This document shows positions 44,830 to 54,893 of a stretch of 64,000 nucleotides of DNA, in pieces; positions within the stretch are counted from its first letter, which is position 1, and each line of letters opens with the position of its first letter. Origin of the DNA: Candidatus Woesebacteria bacterium (GTDB taxonomy: Bacteria > Patescibacteriota > Microgenomatia > UBA8517); NCBI GenBank assembly GCA_003484955.1, contig DMZH01000001.1, forward strand, positions 215,848 through 279,847, in the 5' to 3' direction. The notes under the pieces are model-generated. The model searched no databases. It saw only the letters and a program-made list of their open reading frames with translations, and was not told where the DNA came from. Both the position numbers and the translations under genes were made by a program.

Positions 44830-46221
44830 ATGGACCAAAAACTTAGTGATGAAAATTATAAGACAATAGAGGCGTTTGCACTCTCCAAAATGTCAGATTT
44901 AAAATCCGTCAGCCATAATGATTACCATGTCATTAGGGTGCGCGATAATGCTTTTAAGATTGCAAAGCTTTTGGGGGTAGAAGAAAGAATTGATAAGAAT
45001 TTATTGGCTACAATTTGTATGCTTCACGATTTTACATATTCGGTGAGAAAGCCGAATATTTACACATATATTTTTGAGGGCAGAATTGAACGAAGAATGA
45101 TACGCTCACTTTTAAAAAGGTTTGACATACCCGATGAAACTAAAGAAATAATTATAGACGCTGTTTTTAGACATGCTCACAGCTTTCCCTTTAAAAAACT
45201 CAACAAAAAACACGGTCTTTATACCAAGATCCTTCAGGATGCAGACACTTTGGATTTTTTTGACGTATCGAGAGTTAATTATTTTTTGACTAACCAAAAC
45301 AAAAGCTTTTTTAAATCCTTGAGAAAAGCTATGGCAAACGCGTTGTTAAGATATGGAAAAAATAATTTAGGACTCTTTCTTAATTATCCGGTTCTGGCAA
45401 AAACTTTTTTTGAAAACCCGTCGATGAAGCAAAAGGATCGTTTTCATTATTATGAATACGGTATCAATAATTCTGAAACTTTGCTTTTTCTACCAGGTTA
45501 TGCCGATAGCGGTCTGATGTACCAGAAATTAGGCAGAAGTCTTTCTAAAGATTACCGGGTACTTGCTCTTGATTTTCCCATGATCCACGATCCAGAAAAG
45601 ATATACGATCTTACTTCTCTTACAAATTTTGTTGACGATTTTGTTAAAGAGTTAAGGTTAACAAATTTTACAATCGTCGGTTTTTCATCATGTGGTTTAG
45701 TAGCCATTAGTTACACTTATAATCGCTCCGATAAAGTTAAAGAGTTGATTCTTTTGAATTCCGTACCCCGGTTTATATTGTCAAAAGTAAACCGTAAAAT
45801 TTATCAATTTGTTAAACCCTTCATTTTGCTTAGACCGATACTTTTTATCTATTCTAGAATTAACACAAATAAAACTTTCAGGAAAATTATGAAACTTCCA
45901 CATACGTCAACGTTTACCAGAGAAAGAATGAGAACTTATTATTATTCTGCCACAGGTACTGCAGTAAACCTCATAGGGGAGTCGGTTTTTGCCAGATTTA
46001 AGAAAATAAAAGTGCCTAAGAAAATAATTTTCTTCAAAGACGATACAATTATTCCCTGGGAACGTTATCAGCGTTTTGTTGAAAAACTTGATTGCGAAGT
46101 TGTAGTTTTCTCGGAAGGACTACATGCCGACAAAAGGATTTATTGGGAAAAATTAAAAACTTTGTGGCTAAAGACCCCGAAGATAGAATTTCAGGATGTT
46201 AGTATTGAAAAAAGCAAATAA
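44830..46221 (+). CDS. Fusion protein: N-terminal HD-domain phosphohydrolase plus C-terminal alpha/beta hydrolase fold
   Basis: 463 aa; H...HD (VSHNDYHVIRV...MLHDFTY) and the distal D (DADTLDF). Then LLFLPGYADSG...IVGFSSCG (GxSxG-type nucleophile elbow). Confidence 0.6.
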   Translation: MDQKLSDENYKTIEAFALSKMSDLKSVSHNDYHVIRVRDNAFKIAKLLGVEERIDKNLLATICMLHDFTYSVRKPNIYTYIFEGRIERRMIRSLLKRFDIPDETKEIIIDAVFRHAHSFPFKKLNKKHGLYTKILQDADTLDFFDVSRVNYFLTNQNKSFFKSLRKAMANALLRYGKNNLGLFLNYPVLAKTFFENPSMKQKDRFHYYEYGINNSETLLFLPGYADSGLMYQKLGRSLSKDYRVLALDFPMIHDPEKIYDLTSLTNFVDDFVKELRLTNFTIVGFSSCGLVAISYTYNRSDKVKELILLNSVPRFILSKVNRKIYQFVKPFILLRPILFIYSRINTNKTFRKIMKLPHTSTFTRERMRTYYYSATGTAVNLIGESVFARFKKIKVPKKIIFFKDDTIIPWERYQRFVEKLDCEVVVFSEGLHADKRIYWEKLKTLWLKTPKIEFQDVSIEKSK

Positions 46222-46233
46222 ATTGTCTTTGTT

Positions 46234-47298
46234 ATGATTAAAAAGATTGAACTTCAGAATTTTAGAAATTTTAAGAAGATAATTTTTGAATTTTCGCCAA
46301 AAATAACCGTTATAGTTGGTCCCAACGCGTCGGGGAAAACGAACGTTCTTGAAAGCCTTTATCTTCTTTCGACAGGCAAGAGTTTTAAGGCAAAAGTGGA
46401 GGAGGAAATGATCGGGTATGACGAAGATATATGTAGGGTTGATGGGGAGGCGTCTGGAGCAGAATCTGAAATTACCAATCTGGGGGCAGTTGTCACCAGG
46501 GGAAAAATCGATATTGGAGCGGAGCGTCCCGAAAGAGTTCCCAGAAAAAAACTGCTTGTGAATGGGGTCCCGAGGAGGATGGTAGATTTTGCGGGAAACT
46601 TCAGAACTGTACTTTTTGGTCCCTGGGATTTGGATTTGGTTACCGAGTCTCCTTCTGTCCGCAGAAGATTTCTGGATACCGTTCTGAGCCAGGCGGATAG
46701 GGAATACAGAAGGTCGACTTTGTCATACGAAAAAGGGCTAAGGCAAAGAAACCGCGTGCTTTGGGATATGAGGGAGGGAAATATCGGACCCGACAGGCTT
46801 CTTTTTTGGAATCAGCTGATTATTAAAAACGGCAATTATATTACGGAAAAGAGAGAGGAATTCATCGATTTTGTAAATAGTTTGGAATTTGAAATTAATG
46901 GTCTGAAACTTAATGTTTCTTATGATAAAAGCGTGATTTCCGAAAGCAGACTTGAACAATATAAAGAGGAAGAGGTTAGTGCCGCAACAACTCTGGTAGG
47001 CCCCCATAGAGATGATTTTGTCTTTAATAAAGGTGAAAGAAGCCTGTCCAGCTACGGATCAAGGGGAGAGCAGAGAATGGGCGTTCTCTGGTTGAAGATA
47101 GCGGAGCTTTCTTTTATTGAGGAAAAAACCTCCGCCCGGCCCACGCTCCTTTTGGACGACATTTTTTCAGAACTGGATGAAGAACATAAGAAAGTTGTGA
47201 TGGACATTGCCATGAAACAGCAAACAATTATCACATCGGTTGACGATGAATTCGCAAAAGAATTGAGAAAAGTGGAGAGAATTGAGTTGATGGGTTAA
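46234..47298 (+). CDS. recF: DNA replication and repair protein RecF
   Basis: 354 aa; N-terminal Walker A IVGPNASGKTNVLESL, ABC signature-like region, C-terminal Walker B LLLDDIFSELD. Confidence 0.8.
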   Translation: MIKKIELQNFRNFKKIIFEFSPKITVIVGPNASGKTNVLESLYLLSTGKSFKAKVEEEMIGYDEDICRVDGEASGAESEITNLGAVVTRGKIDIGAERPERVPRKKLLVNGVPRRMVDFAGNFRTVLFGPWDLDLVTESPSVRRRFLDTVLSQADREYRRSTLSYEKGLRQRNRVLWDMREGNIGPDRLLFWNQLIIKNGNYITEKREEFIDFVNSLEFEINGLKLNVSYDKSVISESRLEQYKEEEVSAATTLVGPHRDDFVFNKGERSLSSYGSRGEQRMGVLWLKIAELSFIEEKTSARPTLLLDDIFSELDEEHKKVVMDIAMKQQTIITSVDDEFAKELRKVERIELMG

Positions 47299-47307
47299 AA
47301 TACACAT

Positions 47308-47634
47308 ATGGATAGTCAAGGCGAAAGATTGAACGAGGGAATCCAAAATGAGCAAACAGCAAAAAAAGAATTTGCGTTGAAGTTGGGTCGTTCTCCACAG
47401 GACGTAGTATATAGATATTCCGGAATTTTATTAGGGGAACAGTTAAAGCTGGCACAAAAGAACAAGGGTAGACCGGTAGATATTCCTGTCGAGGAAAGAG
47501 AACGTTTTTTGAGATTAGCAGCCTCAGGGTATGACAGAGATTCTGTTGAAAAGATGGAAAAAATGGAGAAAGACTGGAATTCTGCAACTTCAAAAGACGG
47601 ACGCCCTCCAATCGGCGGAGCTCAGAACGATTAA
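47308..47634 (+). CDS. Hypothetical protein
   Basis: 108 aa, hydrophilic; no recognisable motif. Confidence 0.4.
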   Translation: MDSQGERLNEGIQNEQTAKKEFALKLGRSPQDVVYRYSGILLGEQLKLAQKNKGRPVDIPVEERERFLRLAASGYDRDSVEKMEKMEKDWNSATSKDGRPPIGGAQND

Positions 47635-47900
47635 CCTTTCTTTATCAGTTTGGATAGATTATAAGTTACAACCACTGCCAACAATGTGACAACTACCGCA
47701 TAAACCAAAAGTGAAATAATTCCGGAAGCCTCTCCCATAAGCGGCTTAATATATTGGCTTACAAGTTCCTGAATAAATGCGTTCCAGGCCAGGGCTGCCA
47801 CAAGTCCGAGGCCGCTTGTTGAAAGAATCAACATCTGTTTTAAGACCTCCTTTTTTATTTCAGACGCGTTTTTACTGAGTCTGTGAATCTTTTTTGGCAT
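47631..47900 (-). CDS. Small two-TM membrane protein, hypothetical
   Basis: 89 aa; two hydrophobic helices (LILSTSGLGLVAALAWNAF and IISLLVYAVVVTLLAVVV). Confidence 0.45.
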   Translation of the reverse strand: MPKKIHRLSKNASEIKKEVLKQMLILSTSGLGLVAALAWNAFIQELVSQYIKPLMGEASGIISLLVYAVVVTLLAVVVTYNLSKLIKKG

Positions 47901-47959
47901 ATACTTAAGTTATTATATCTCATGGACATATTCAGTTCAAAAACATTGGAGAGCCTGGT

Positions 47960-48731
47960 GATGCCGCAGGCTGATTCTTCAAAGGGACAAAACGGGCAGA
48001 TTACAGTTATTGGCGGATCAAAGCTTTTCCATGGCGCCCCGCTTTTGGCACTTACCACAGCCTCAAGACTTGCCGATATGACGTTTTTTGCCTCACCCGA
48101 ACCCTCTGTCGGAAGCATTGCCGAAAAGGTAAAATCGGAACTTTTTTCCTTTATCTGGATCCCTTGGGAAGAAAAGGAAAACTATATTGAAAAATCAGAC
48201 GCCATCCTGATCGGCTCCGGAATGATGCGCTATAAAAAAGAGTGGAATGACGGAGGAGGGGATGAAACAAGAGAAATAACCCGCGACATCCTTTTAAAAT
48301 ATCCCAACAAAAAATGGGTGATTGATGCCGGAAGTCTGCAAATGATTGAACCCCAGTGGATTCCGGCCGGTTCGGTTTTGACTCCCAACCAAAAAGAGTA
48401 TCAAAGACTTTTTGGGAACATGGACCCCTCGGCTGTCGCCAAAAAGTTCAATTGCGTTATTGTCTACAAGCTGCCTTTAACTACGGTTTGCTCACCGGAT
48501 AGGTGCATTGAGATCAAAGGTGGAAATGCCGGTCTTACTAAAGGGGGAACCGGAGATGTACAAGCAGGGCTTACCGTCGGGCTTTTGGCAAAAAACGATC
48601 CTTTTTTGGCGGCATCAGCGGCATCGTTTGTTGTTAAAAAAGCTGCCGATGAGCTTTATAAAAGGGTTGGCACTGTTTACAACGCAGACGATCTCGCGAT
48701 AGAAATTCCAAAGGTTTTTTCCGGAATATAA
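47960..48731 (+). CDS. ADP-dependent NAD(P)H-hydrate dehydratase (Nnr / YjeF C-terminal domain family)
   Basis: Start moved to the ATG at 47960 (MPQADSSKGQNGQITVIGGS) to avoid overlap with the upstream antisense gene. GGTGDVQAGLTVGLLA is the family signature. Confidence 0.7.
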
Positions 48732-48776
48732 ATCCTATTGTATTTTCCGCAATTTTTGCGTTAATATAGACATAAT

Positions 48777-49841
48777 ATGTACTCTCCCAAATATGTGGTT
48801 TCGAATAGAGTTCTTAAAAATATCGGCTCTATCGAAGCAAGCAAAGAAGTTATTGAGAACGCTCCTTTAGTCCCTTCTTTTGCAAAGCAATTTCAATCGG
48901 ATGCTGTTATCCGCACCATTCATCACGGCACCCACATAGAGGGGAATGACCTAACCCTTTATCAAACTAAAAAGATTCTGGAAGGAGCCGAGGTTTATGC
49001 CAGGGCACGCGATATTCAAGAAGTAATAAACTACAGGAATGTTATGCAGCTTCTGGATGAGCTTGCTGTCAAGCGTGGAGGGTACGAGACCGACATGCTT
49101 AAAGATATCCATAGAGCAACGGTTGATAGGATCATTGTGCCGGAAAAAATCGGAGTTTTCAGAACAACTGAGGTTGTAATAAAAGAAGAAGGAACCGGTA
49201 AAGTTATTTTTCAACCGCCTCCATCACACGAAGTTCCGTATCTGCTCGATGATTTCTTTGAATGGCTGAATGATCCAATAGCCCGGGATATTCACCCGAT
49301 AATCAGATCCGGCATCGCGCACTACATTTTGGTTGCAATCCATCCTTTTGTTGAAGGAAACGGCAGAACGGTCAGGGCCTTTTCGAATCTGGTTTTGATG
49401 AGAGAGGGGTACAACATCAAAAAGTTTTTCTCCATTGAGGAGCGTTTTGACGCAGACCCCAGAGCCTATTATGAAGCTTTGGGCGAGGTTGATAAGGGGT
49501 CTCCCAATTTGGGCACAAGAGATGTAACCGCCTGGCTGGAATATTTTACCGGAGTGGTTGCGGCGGAGCTAGAGAAGGTTAAAGATAAGGTTAGAAAGCT
49601 TTCCGTTGACTCACGTCTCAAGGTAAAGTTTGGAGAACAAGTTGCGCTGACCGAGAGGCAAATGCGTCTTATTGAATACATTTCCGACCAGGGTTCGGGT
49701 GGAATGGCTGAACTGAAAAAAGTACTATCGATGGTTTCTGAAGATACGATTTTGAGAGAGCTCAAGGATCTTTTGAGTAAGGGAATAATCAAAAAGCAAG
49801 GCAGTACAAAGGCCAGTAAGTATGTGATAGCCAATAAATAA
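48777..49841 (+). CDS. Fic family protein (putative AMPylator / adenylyltransferase) with a C-terminal winged-helix domain
   Basis: 354 aa; canonical Fic motif HPFVEGNGRTVRAF. Confidence 0.8.
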   Translation: MYSPKYVVSNRVLKNIGSIEASKEVIENAPLVPSFAKQFQSDAVIRTIHHGTHIEGNDLTLYQTKKILEGAEVYARARDIQEVINYRNVMQLLDELAVKRGGYETDMLKDIHRATVDRIIVPEKIGVFRTTEVVIKEEGTGKVIFQPPPSHEVPYLLDDFFEWLNDPIARDIHPIIRSGIAHYILVAIHPFVEGNGRTVRAFSNLVLMREGYNIKKFFSIEERFDADPRAYYEALGEVDKGSPNLGTRDVTAWLEYFTGVVAAELEKVKDKVRKLSVDSRLKVKFGEQVALTERQMRLIEYISDQGSGGMAELKKVLSMVSEDTILRELKDLLSKGIIKKQGSTKASKYVIANK

Positions 49842-49853
49842 TTAATTACCAAA

Positions 49854-50060
49854 ATGTTAGCAAATGATCCGCAGATTTTGTACATGATTTTGGTTGTCCC
49901 GTGTCTTTTCGGACTTACATTGGTAGGGGAAGGCATCAGCAAGCTTGTGCACGAGGAGTCAAACGGTTTAGTCTCCATTATTTTCGGATTCTTGTTTATC
50001 GGACTTGTTATTTTTGCCTACGTTTTCTTCTCAAGCTATCTGGTTTTAGGTAAAGGATAA
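49854..50060 (+). CDS. Small membrane protein, hypothetical
   Basis: 68 aa with two hydrophobic helices. Confidence 0.35.
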   Translation: MLANDPQILYMILVVPCLFGLTLVGEGISKLVHEESNGLVSIIFGFLFIGLVIFAYVFFSSYLVLGKG

Positions 50061-50100
50061 TTACCATTTTTCCCCCAAACGCAATATAATCTGAATTGAT

Positions 50101-51792
50101 ATGCAGTTAAACAAATTCGCAGGCTATCTGGAAAAACTGGAAAAGACTCCTTCCAGGCTTGAAATTACACGGATTTTGTCGAACTTGTTAAAGGAAACCC
50201 CCACTTCTGAAATTGATAAAGTGGTGTTTTTGTCATTGGGAATTTTAGCCCCGAATTATGAAGGAACGATTCTGAACCTGGCGGAAAAGATGATGATAAG
50301 AGTTTTAATGCTGGGTTTCGGAAAAAGTGAGAATGAGGTCAAAGTTTTATACAAAGCAAGCGGGGATTTGGGAAATGTGGCCGAGGAGCTGGGCAAAAGG
50401 CAAGGGGTAAAAGATAAAAGTTTAACTGTAGCGGAAGTGTACGATAAACTTTTGGAAATCGCCGAAGACGGCGGTGGTGGGTCACAGGATCGGAAAATTG
50501 AAAAAATGGCTAAAATCCTGACCGAAATAGATCCGCTCTCTGCCCGCTACATTGCCAGAATTCCTGTTGGCAGGCTTAGGCTTGGGTTTTCCGAAAAAAC
50601 GGTAATTGACGCACTTTCCTCTGAAAGCGGAATTCCGGAAAGAGAAATTGAAAATGCATTCAATATAAGGCCAAATATTGGCTATATTGCACGCTTGGTT
50701 AAAGAAAAAAACATTAAAGATGCCAAGCCCGAAATCGGAGTACCTGTTGTACCAATGCTTGCCCAGAGACTTAACTCAACGGACGCCATGATAAAAAAAA
50801 TGGGAAAGGTTTCTGTCGAGCCAAAATTTGACGGTTTAAGGATATTTATACATTACAGGAAAAAGGATAATCTGGTGAAGATATTCACCCGCAACATGAA
50901 TGCGATTAATCTTGATACCTTTCCGGAGCTGAAAGATGTGGGAAAATACATTAAGGCTTCGGAGGCGATTCTGGACTCTGAAGCTATCGGGGTTGACCCG
51001 AAACGGGCAATGTTTTTGGATTTCCAAAAAACAATTCAAAGAAGGAGAAAGCACGAGATTGAGAAAAACGCTTCTGAGATTCCTCTGCAGTTTCAGGTCT
51101 TTGACATACTTCTTTTTGACGGGAAAAGCCTCATAGGCGTTCCCTACACGGAAAGAAGGGGAATTCTTGAAAAAGTAGCCGTAAACGGGAGTCTTCTACG
51201 GGTTGATGAAAATACGATTACAAATGATCCTGAAGTAATCAAAAATATGCATGAGAAATATCTGAAAATGGGACTTGAGGGGGTAGTTGTCAAAAAAGCC
51301 AACGGGACTTATGTTTCGGGAAGAACCGGCTGGAATTGGGTCAAAATGAAGGAGGTTGAAGGTAAACGGGGAAAACTTTCCGATACGATCGATTGCGTAA
51401 TAATGGGTTATACGTCCGGGAAGGGGAAAAGAACCGGCTTTGGGATGGGCCAGTTTTTGGCTGGGATTAGAGATGGCGACACGTTTAAAAGTGTTACAAA
51501 GGTCGGAACGGGACTATCTGATGAACAGTTTAGGGAATTAAAAGCTCGTTTAACCAAAATTCAGGTGAAAGAAAAACCAAAGGAATATATCGTAAATAAA
51601 GACCTGTATCCCGATTTTTGGGTCACCCCCTCGGTTGTAATTGAACTTGCGGCAGACGAAATAACGGTAAGCCCAAAACATACGGCCGGCCTTGCCCTCA
51701 GGTTTCCACGGCTAATTCGATTCCGTGACGATAGAAGTGTCATAGATGTAACAACTGTAAACGAACTTCACGATCTTTTGAAGCTACAGTAA
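50101..51792 (+). CDS. ATP-dependent DNA ligase (Lig I/archaeal-like)
   Basis: 563 aa; motif I EPKFDGLRIFIH (KxDG), motif VI LRFPRLIRFRDDRS, and an N-terminal DNA-binding domain. Confidence 0.8.
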   Translation: MQLNKFAGYLEKLEKTPSRLEITRILSNLLKETPTSEIDKVVFLSLGILAPNYEGTILNLAEKMMIRVLMLGFGKSENEVKVLYKASGDLGNVAEELGKRQGVKDKSLTVAEVYDKLLEIAEDGGGGSQDRKIEKMAKILTEIDPLSARYIARIPVGRLRLGFSEKTVIDALSSESGIPEREIENAFNIRPNIGYIARLVKEKNIKDAKPEIGVPVVPMLAQRLNSTDAMIKKMGKVSVEPKFDGLRIFIHYRKKDNLVKIFTRNMNAINLDTFPELKDVGKYIKASEAILDSEAIGVDPKRAMFLDFQKTIQRRRKHEIEKNASEIPLQFQVFDILLFDGKSLIGVPYTERRGILEKVAVNGSLLRVDENTITNDPEVIKNMHEKYLKMGLEGVVVKKANGTYVSGRTGWNWVKMKEVEGKRGKLSDTIDCVIMGYTSGKGKRTGFGMGQFLAGIRDGDTFKSVTKVGTGLSDEQFRELKARLTKIQVKEKPKEYIVNKDLYPDFWVTPSVVIELAADEITVSPKHTAGLALRFPRLIRFRDDRSVIDVTTVNELHDLLKLQ

Positions 51793-51859
51793 CTTACCAG
51801 TTGCCTAAAAACTTCATCTGTGAAAAAATGAATTGATAAGAGAAAGGTGGTGAATATTT

Positions 51860-52189
51860 ATGGCGGAAAAAGAAAAAGGTTTCAAAAAAGAAACGGCAGG
51901 AGCATTTACTTATGTATTGGGTCCGATTACGGGAATATTCTTTTTGGTGACGAGTAAAGACCCCTTTGTCAGATTCCATGCAATGCAGTCAATAGTTGTA
52001 TTCATCGCCCTTTTTGTAGTGCAATGGATACTCGGAATAACAATCATACTTTTCCCATTGTCGGCACTTATCGGTCTTGTTACTTTTGCCCTTTGGTTAA
52101 TTTTGATTTATAAAGCCTGGCAGGGAGAAGAGTGGGAAGTACCTGTTCTTGGAAAAGTTGCCAGAGACTTTCTGAAAAAAGTAAAGTAA
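51860..52189 (+). CDS. DUF4870-like small membrane protein
   Basis: 109 aa; FVRFHAMQSIVVF and two TM helices. Confidence 0.5.
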   Translation: MAEKEKGFKKETAGAFTYVLGPITGIFFLVTSKDPFVRFHAMQSIVVFIALFVVQWILGITIILFPLSALIGLVTFALWLILIYKAWQGEEWEVPVLGKVARDFLKKVK

Positions 52190-52231
52190 GACAAATTTAC
52201 TGTCTTTGAAGATAGAGCCGATGCGGGGAGG

Positions 52232-52795
52232 ATGTTGGTTGGGAAGCTATCTTCTTTCAAAGGTGACTTTGAGGTAGTTGTGGCGATTCCGCGTGGTGGG
52301 GTAGTTGTAGGCTCCGAAATATCCGGATTACTGAGACTTCCTTTGGCACCTCTGGTGGTCAAAAAAACTCCGACTTTTTGTGAACCCGAACTTGCTGCCG
52401 GAGCAGTCGGACCTAATGGGTTCTCTATTGGCAAAAGAAGCAGAAAAATTGAAAGAATTGTGGAAAAAAGAATAAAAATGTATGGCCGTCCAGGTAATTT
52501 TGAGGGCAAGAAGATCCTCCTGGTTGATGACGGGGTTGCAACGGGTGCAACAATCGAAACGGCAATTTACTTTTTGCAAAAAAGGAACGTCTCCGGTATT
52601 ACAGTAGCAGTTCCGGTTGTGTCGAAAAGTGAATTTGAGAGACTTCAGAGGCTAGTCAGGAGAGTTGTGGCATTAAAAACACCGGATGAGTTTCGGGCAA
52701 TAGATGAGTTTTATCGAAATTTTTCTCAAATAACCGATGATGAGGTGATACAATTGCTTCATAGGCAAAATGAAACTAATAATAGGTTTAGGTAA
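52232..52795 (+). CDS. Phosphoribosyltransferase-domain protein
   Basis: 187 aa; PRPP-binding loop KILLVDDGVATGATIETA. Confidence 0.65.
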   Translation: MLVGKLSSFKGDFEVVVAIPRGGVVVGSEISGLLRLPLAPLVVKKTPTFCEPELAAGAVGPNGFSIGKRSRKIERIVEKRIKMYGRPGNFEGKKILLVDDGVATGATIETAIYFLQKRNVSGITVAVPVVSKSEFERLQRLVRRVVALKTPDEFRAIDEFYRNFSQITDDEVIQLLHRQNETNNRFR

Positions 52796-53240
52796 TCCCG
52801 GCATTGATTATACTGAAACACGCCACAATGTTGGCTACAAAGTCATCGATGAGCTTCTTAAGAACAAGTTCACGAAAAATATTTTGGCCAGAAAAACCAA
52901 TGTATTTATGAATCAGTCGGGAAAATTTGTTGAATCTCAAACTTCCAAATATCAGGCAAAAGAAGAAGACCTGTATATTGTTCATGATGACCTGGATATC
53001 CCACTGGGTGACTACAAAATTCAATTCGGCAAGGGTCCCAAGGATCACAATGGCCTGAAGTCAATTGACGATGCTCTGGGAACAGATGAGTATTGGCATG
53101 TGAGAATCGGAATAGACAATAGACAGGGCGACTCCCGTCCGATGGGAGAAGAATATGTTCTACAGAACTTTTCCGATGAGGAGAAAGTGATAATTGAAAA
53201 AACAATCAAAGAAGTATGCAAAAAATTGGAGACATTGTAG
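52770..53240 (+). CDS. pth: Peptidyl-tRNA hydrolase
   Basis: 156 aa; MKLIIGLGNPGIDYTETRHNVGY and HDDLD. Confidence 0.8.
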   Translation: MKLIIGLGNPGIDYTETRHNVGYKVIDELLKNKFTKNILARKTNVFMNQSGKFVESQTSKYQAKEEDLYIVHDDLDIPLGDYKIQFGKGPKDHNGLKSIDDALGTDEYWHVRIGIDNRQGDSRPMGEEYVLQNFSDEEKVIIEKTIKEVCKKLETL

Positions 53241-53497
53241 GGAAATATAAATTAGAGGATAGGGACAAGTATGTAAGCCGTGAGTTCCAAAAATATGCCT
53301 ACGACCTTGCGGTTGAACTCGGGGACTTGCCTCACAAGTCGCTTTATATGAAGCTTGCCAAGGTAACTCCCAGGATTTTTCTTGAAAAAGCCAGAAGTTT
53401 TGTTAAAGATGCAACGAATGCGAAATCAAAAGGAAGGCTATTCATGTGGAAGCTGAAGCAGCTTAAAGATGAAGCAGAACTCAAAAAGACAAAATAA
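53216..53497 (+). CDS. Hypothetical lysine-rich protein
   Basis: 93 aa; overlaps neighbours at both ends, so the reading frame is uncertain. Confidence 0.3.
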   Translation: MQKIGDIVGKYKLEDRDKYVSREFQKYAYDLAVELGDLPHKSLYMKLAKVTPRIFLEKARSFVKDATNAKSKGRLFMWKLKQLKDEAELKKTK

Positions 53498-53795
53498 AGG
53501 GTTTTTTGAACAGGTTTATAAAGTTGTAAAAGAAATCCCTATCGGGAAAGTTATGACTTATGGGCAGATTGCCGAAATTTTAGGATCAAAAGACGCAAGA
53601 AAGGTTGGGTGGGCGCTTCATGCCAATAAAGATATAAATTGTCCATGCCATAGGGTTGTAAATAAGGAAGGCAGGGTCTCTCGTTCGTATGCATTTGGGG
53701 GCTATATGGAACAGAAAGATAAACTTTTGGGAGAGGGAGTTACCTTTTTGGACGAGCTAGGAGTCGATTTGGGCAAATGCAAATACACGGATTAA
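53469..53795 (+). CDS. Methylated-DNA--protein-cysteine methyltransferase, DNA-binding/active-site domain only (Ogt/MGMT C-terminal domain)
   Basis: 108 aa; HTH and active-site PCHRVV. Confidence 0.7.
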   Translation: MKQNSKRQNKGFFEQVYKVVKEIPIGKVMTYGQIAEILGSKDARKVGWALHANKDINCPCHRVVNKEGRVSRSYAFGGYMEQKDKLLGEGVTFLDELGVDLGKCKYTD

Positions 53796-53820
53796 TGCTA
53801 GAATAATCTGAGGTACTGCC

Positions 53821-54354
53821 ATGAAGCGCGAACTTTTTGTCCATTTTGCATTTTGGTTGTCATTTTTTGTCTTGATCTCCATTTTAAGAAACTATTTGTC
53901 CTTTGCCTATTGGCCTTTTTGGGTTGGGGGACTAATCGGTACGGCTCTGCCGGATATAGACCACCTTATTTATGTTTTCTTTCTAAATCCGCAGGAACTG
54001 ACATCTCAAAGAGTGAACTTTCTTCTTAAAAAGAGGGGAATTCTCAGAATAATAGCGCTTTTATACGAAACCAGGGGAGAAAGAAAAAACTTGGTCTTTC
54101 ATACATTTTTCTTCCAGATAATTTTCTTAATTCTAACGTTTTTTATAGTAAGCTCTTCAGCGTCGCTTCTGGTTCGAGGAATAGTGCTGGCATTCTCCCT
54201 TCACCTATCAACTGACCAGCTTGCGGACATACTTGATCTTAAAAATCTGAACGGTTGGGGATTGCTTTTGTCTTCTGAATTGGACTACCGTAAATCGATT
54301 CTTTATTTTTCCGTTTTGTTATTTTTGTTGCTTTTAATGGGGTTTTTGATGTAA
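53821..54354 (+). CDS. Hypothetical polytopic membrane protein
   Basis: 177 aa; four or five hydrophobic helices. Confidence 0.45.
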   Translation: MKRELFVHFAFWLSFFVLISILRNYLSFAYWPFWVGGLIGTALPDIDHLIYVFFLNPQELTSQRVNFLLKKRGILRIIALLYETRGERKNLVFHTFFFQIIFLILTFFIVSSSASLLVRGIVLAFSLHLSTDQLADILDLKNLNGWGLLLSSELDYRKSILYFSVLLFLLLLMGFLM

Positions 54355-54361
54355 CCGGACA

Positions 54362-54892
54362 TCATTCCTTGCAGCAATCGATGGCGTTCTGGACTATTGA
54401 CCCAAATCTTGAAAAAACAGATTCTGAAGTTGTTTTGCCACCTCCGTCATCGGTAAATTGAACTTTACTTGTATTTTGGTTTTTAGCGTTTGGGATTTTG
54501 CTTAAATTAAGCGCCCAAAACAGGGTATAAAGCTTATAAGATTTTGCAAAGAGTTCATCGGCCTTTTTCTTGTCACCTTTTTTTAGTTCCTTGGTTCCAA
54601 CCTCCATCATTCTCATTGATGAGGAAAGTAAGTGCTTACTGATACACCAGACCTCACCCTTTGGATCCTTTACGATGTTTTTCATCAGATCCGTTCTCAT
54701 CAAACGAACTTCGTTAAGAAGGTCCAGGTATCTTTTATCGCCGGTTTTTTGAGATGTAAAAAATAGATGCTCTTCGATGGAGATCAGGTTCATTATCCCA
54801 ATCGACAAGTCCTCACCCGAGGAAAGATCAACGTTTTTATCAATCTCAAATTCTTTAACTTTATTTATAAGATCTTTGTAAGTTTTAACCAT
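54362..54892 (-). CDS. Hypothetical soluble protein
   Basis: 176 aa; no recognised motif. Co-directional with, and 1 nt after, the upstream membrane-protein gene. Confidence 0.45.
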   Translation of the reverse strand: MVKTYKDLINKVKEFEIDKNVDLSSGEDLSIGIMNLISIEEHLFFTSQKTGDKRYLDLLNEVRLMRTDLMKNIVKDPKGEVWCISKHLLSSSMRMMEVGTKELKKGDKKKADELFAKSYKLYTLFWALNLSKIPNAKNQNTSKVQFTDDGGGKTTSESVFSRFGSIVQNAIDCCKE

Positions 54893-54893
54893 G

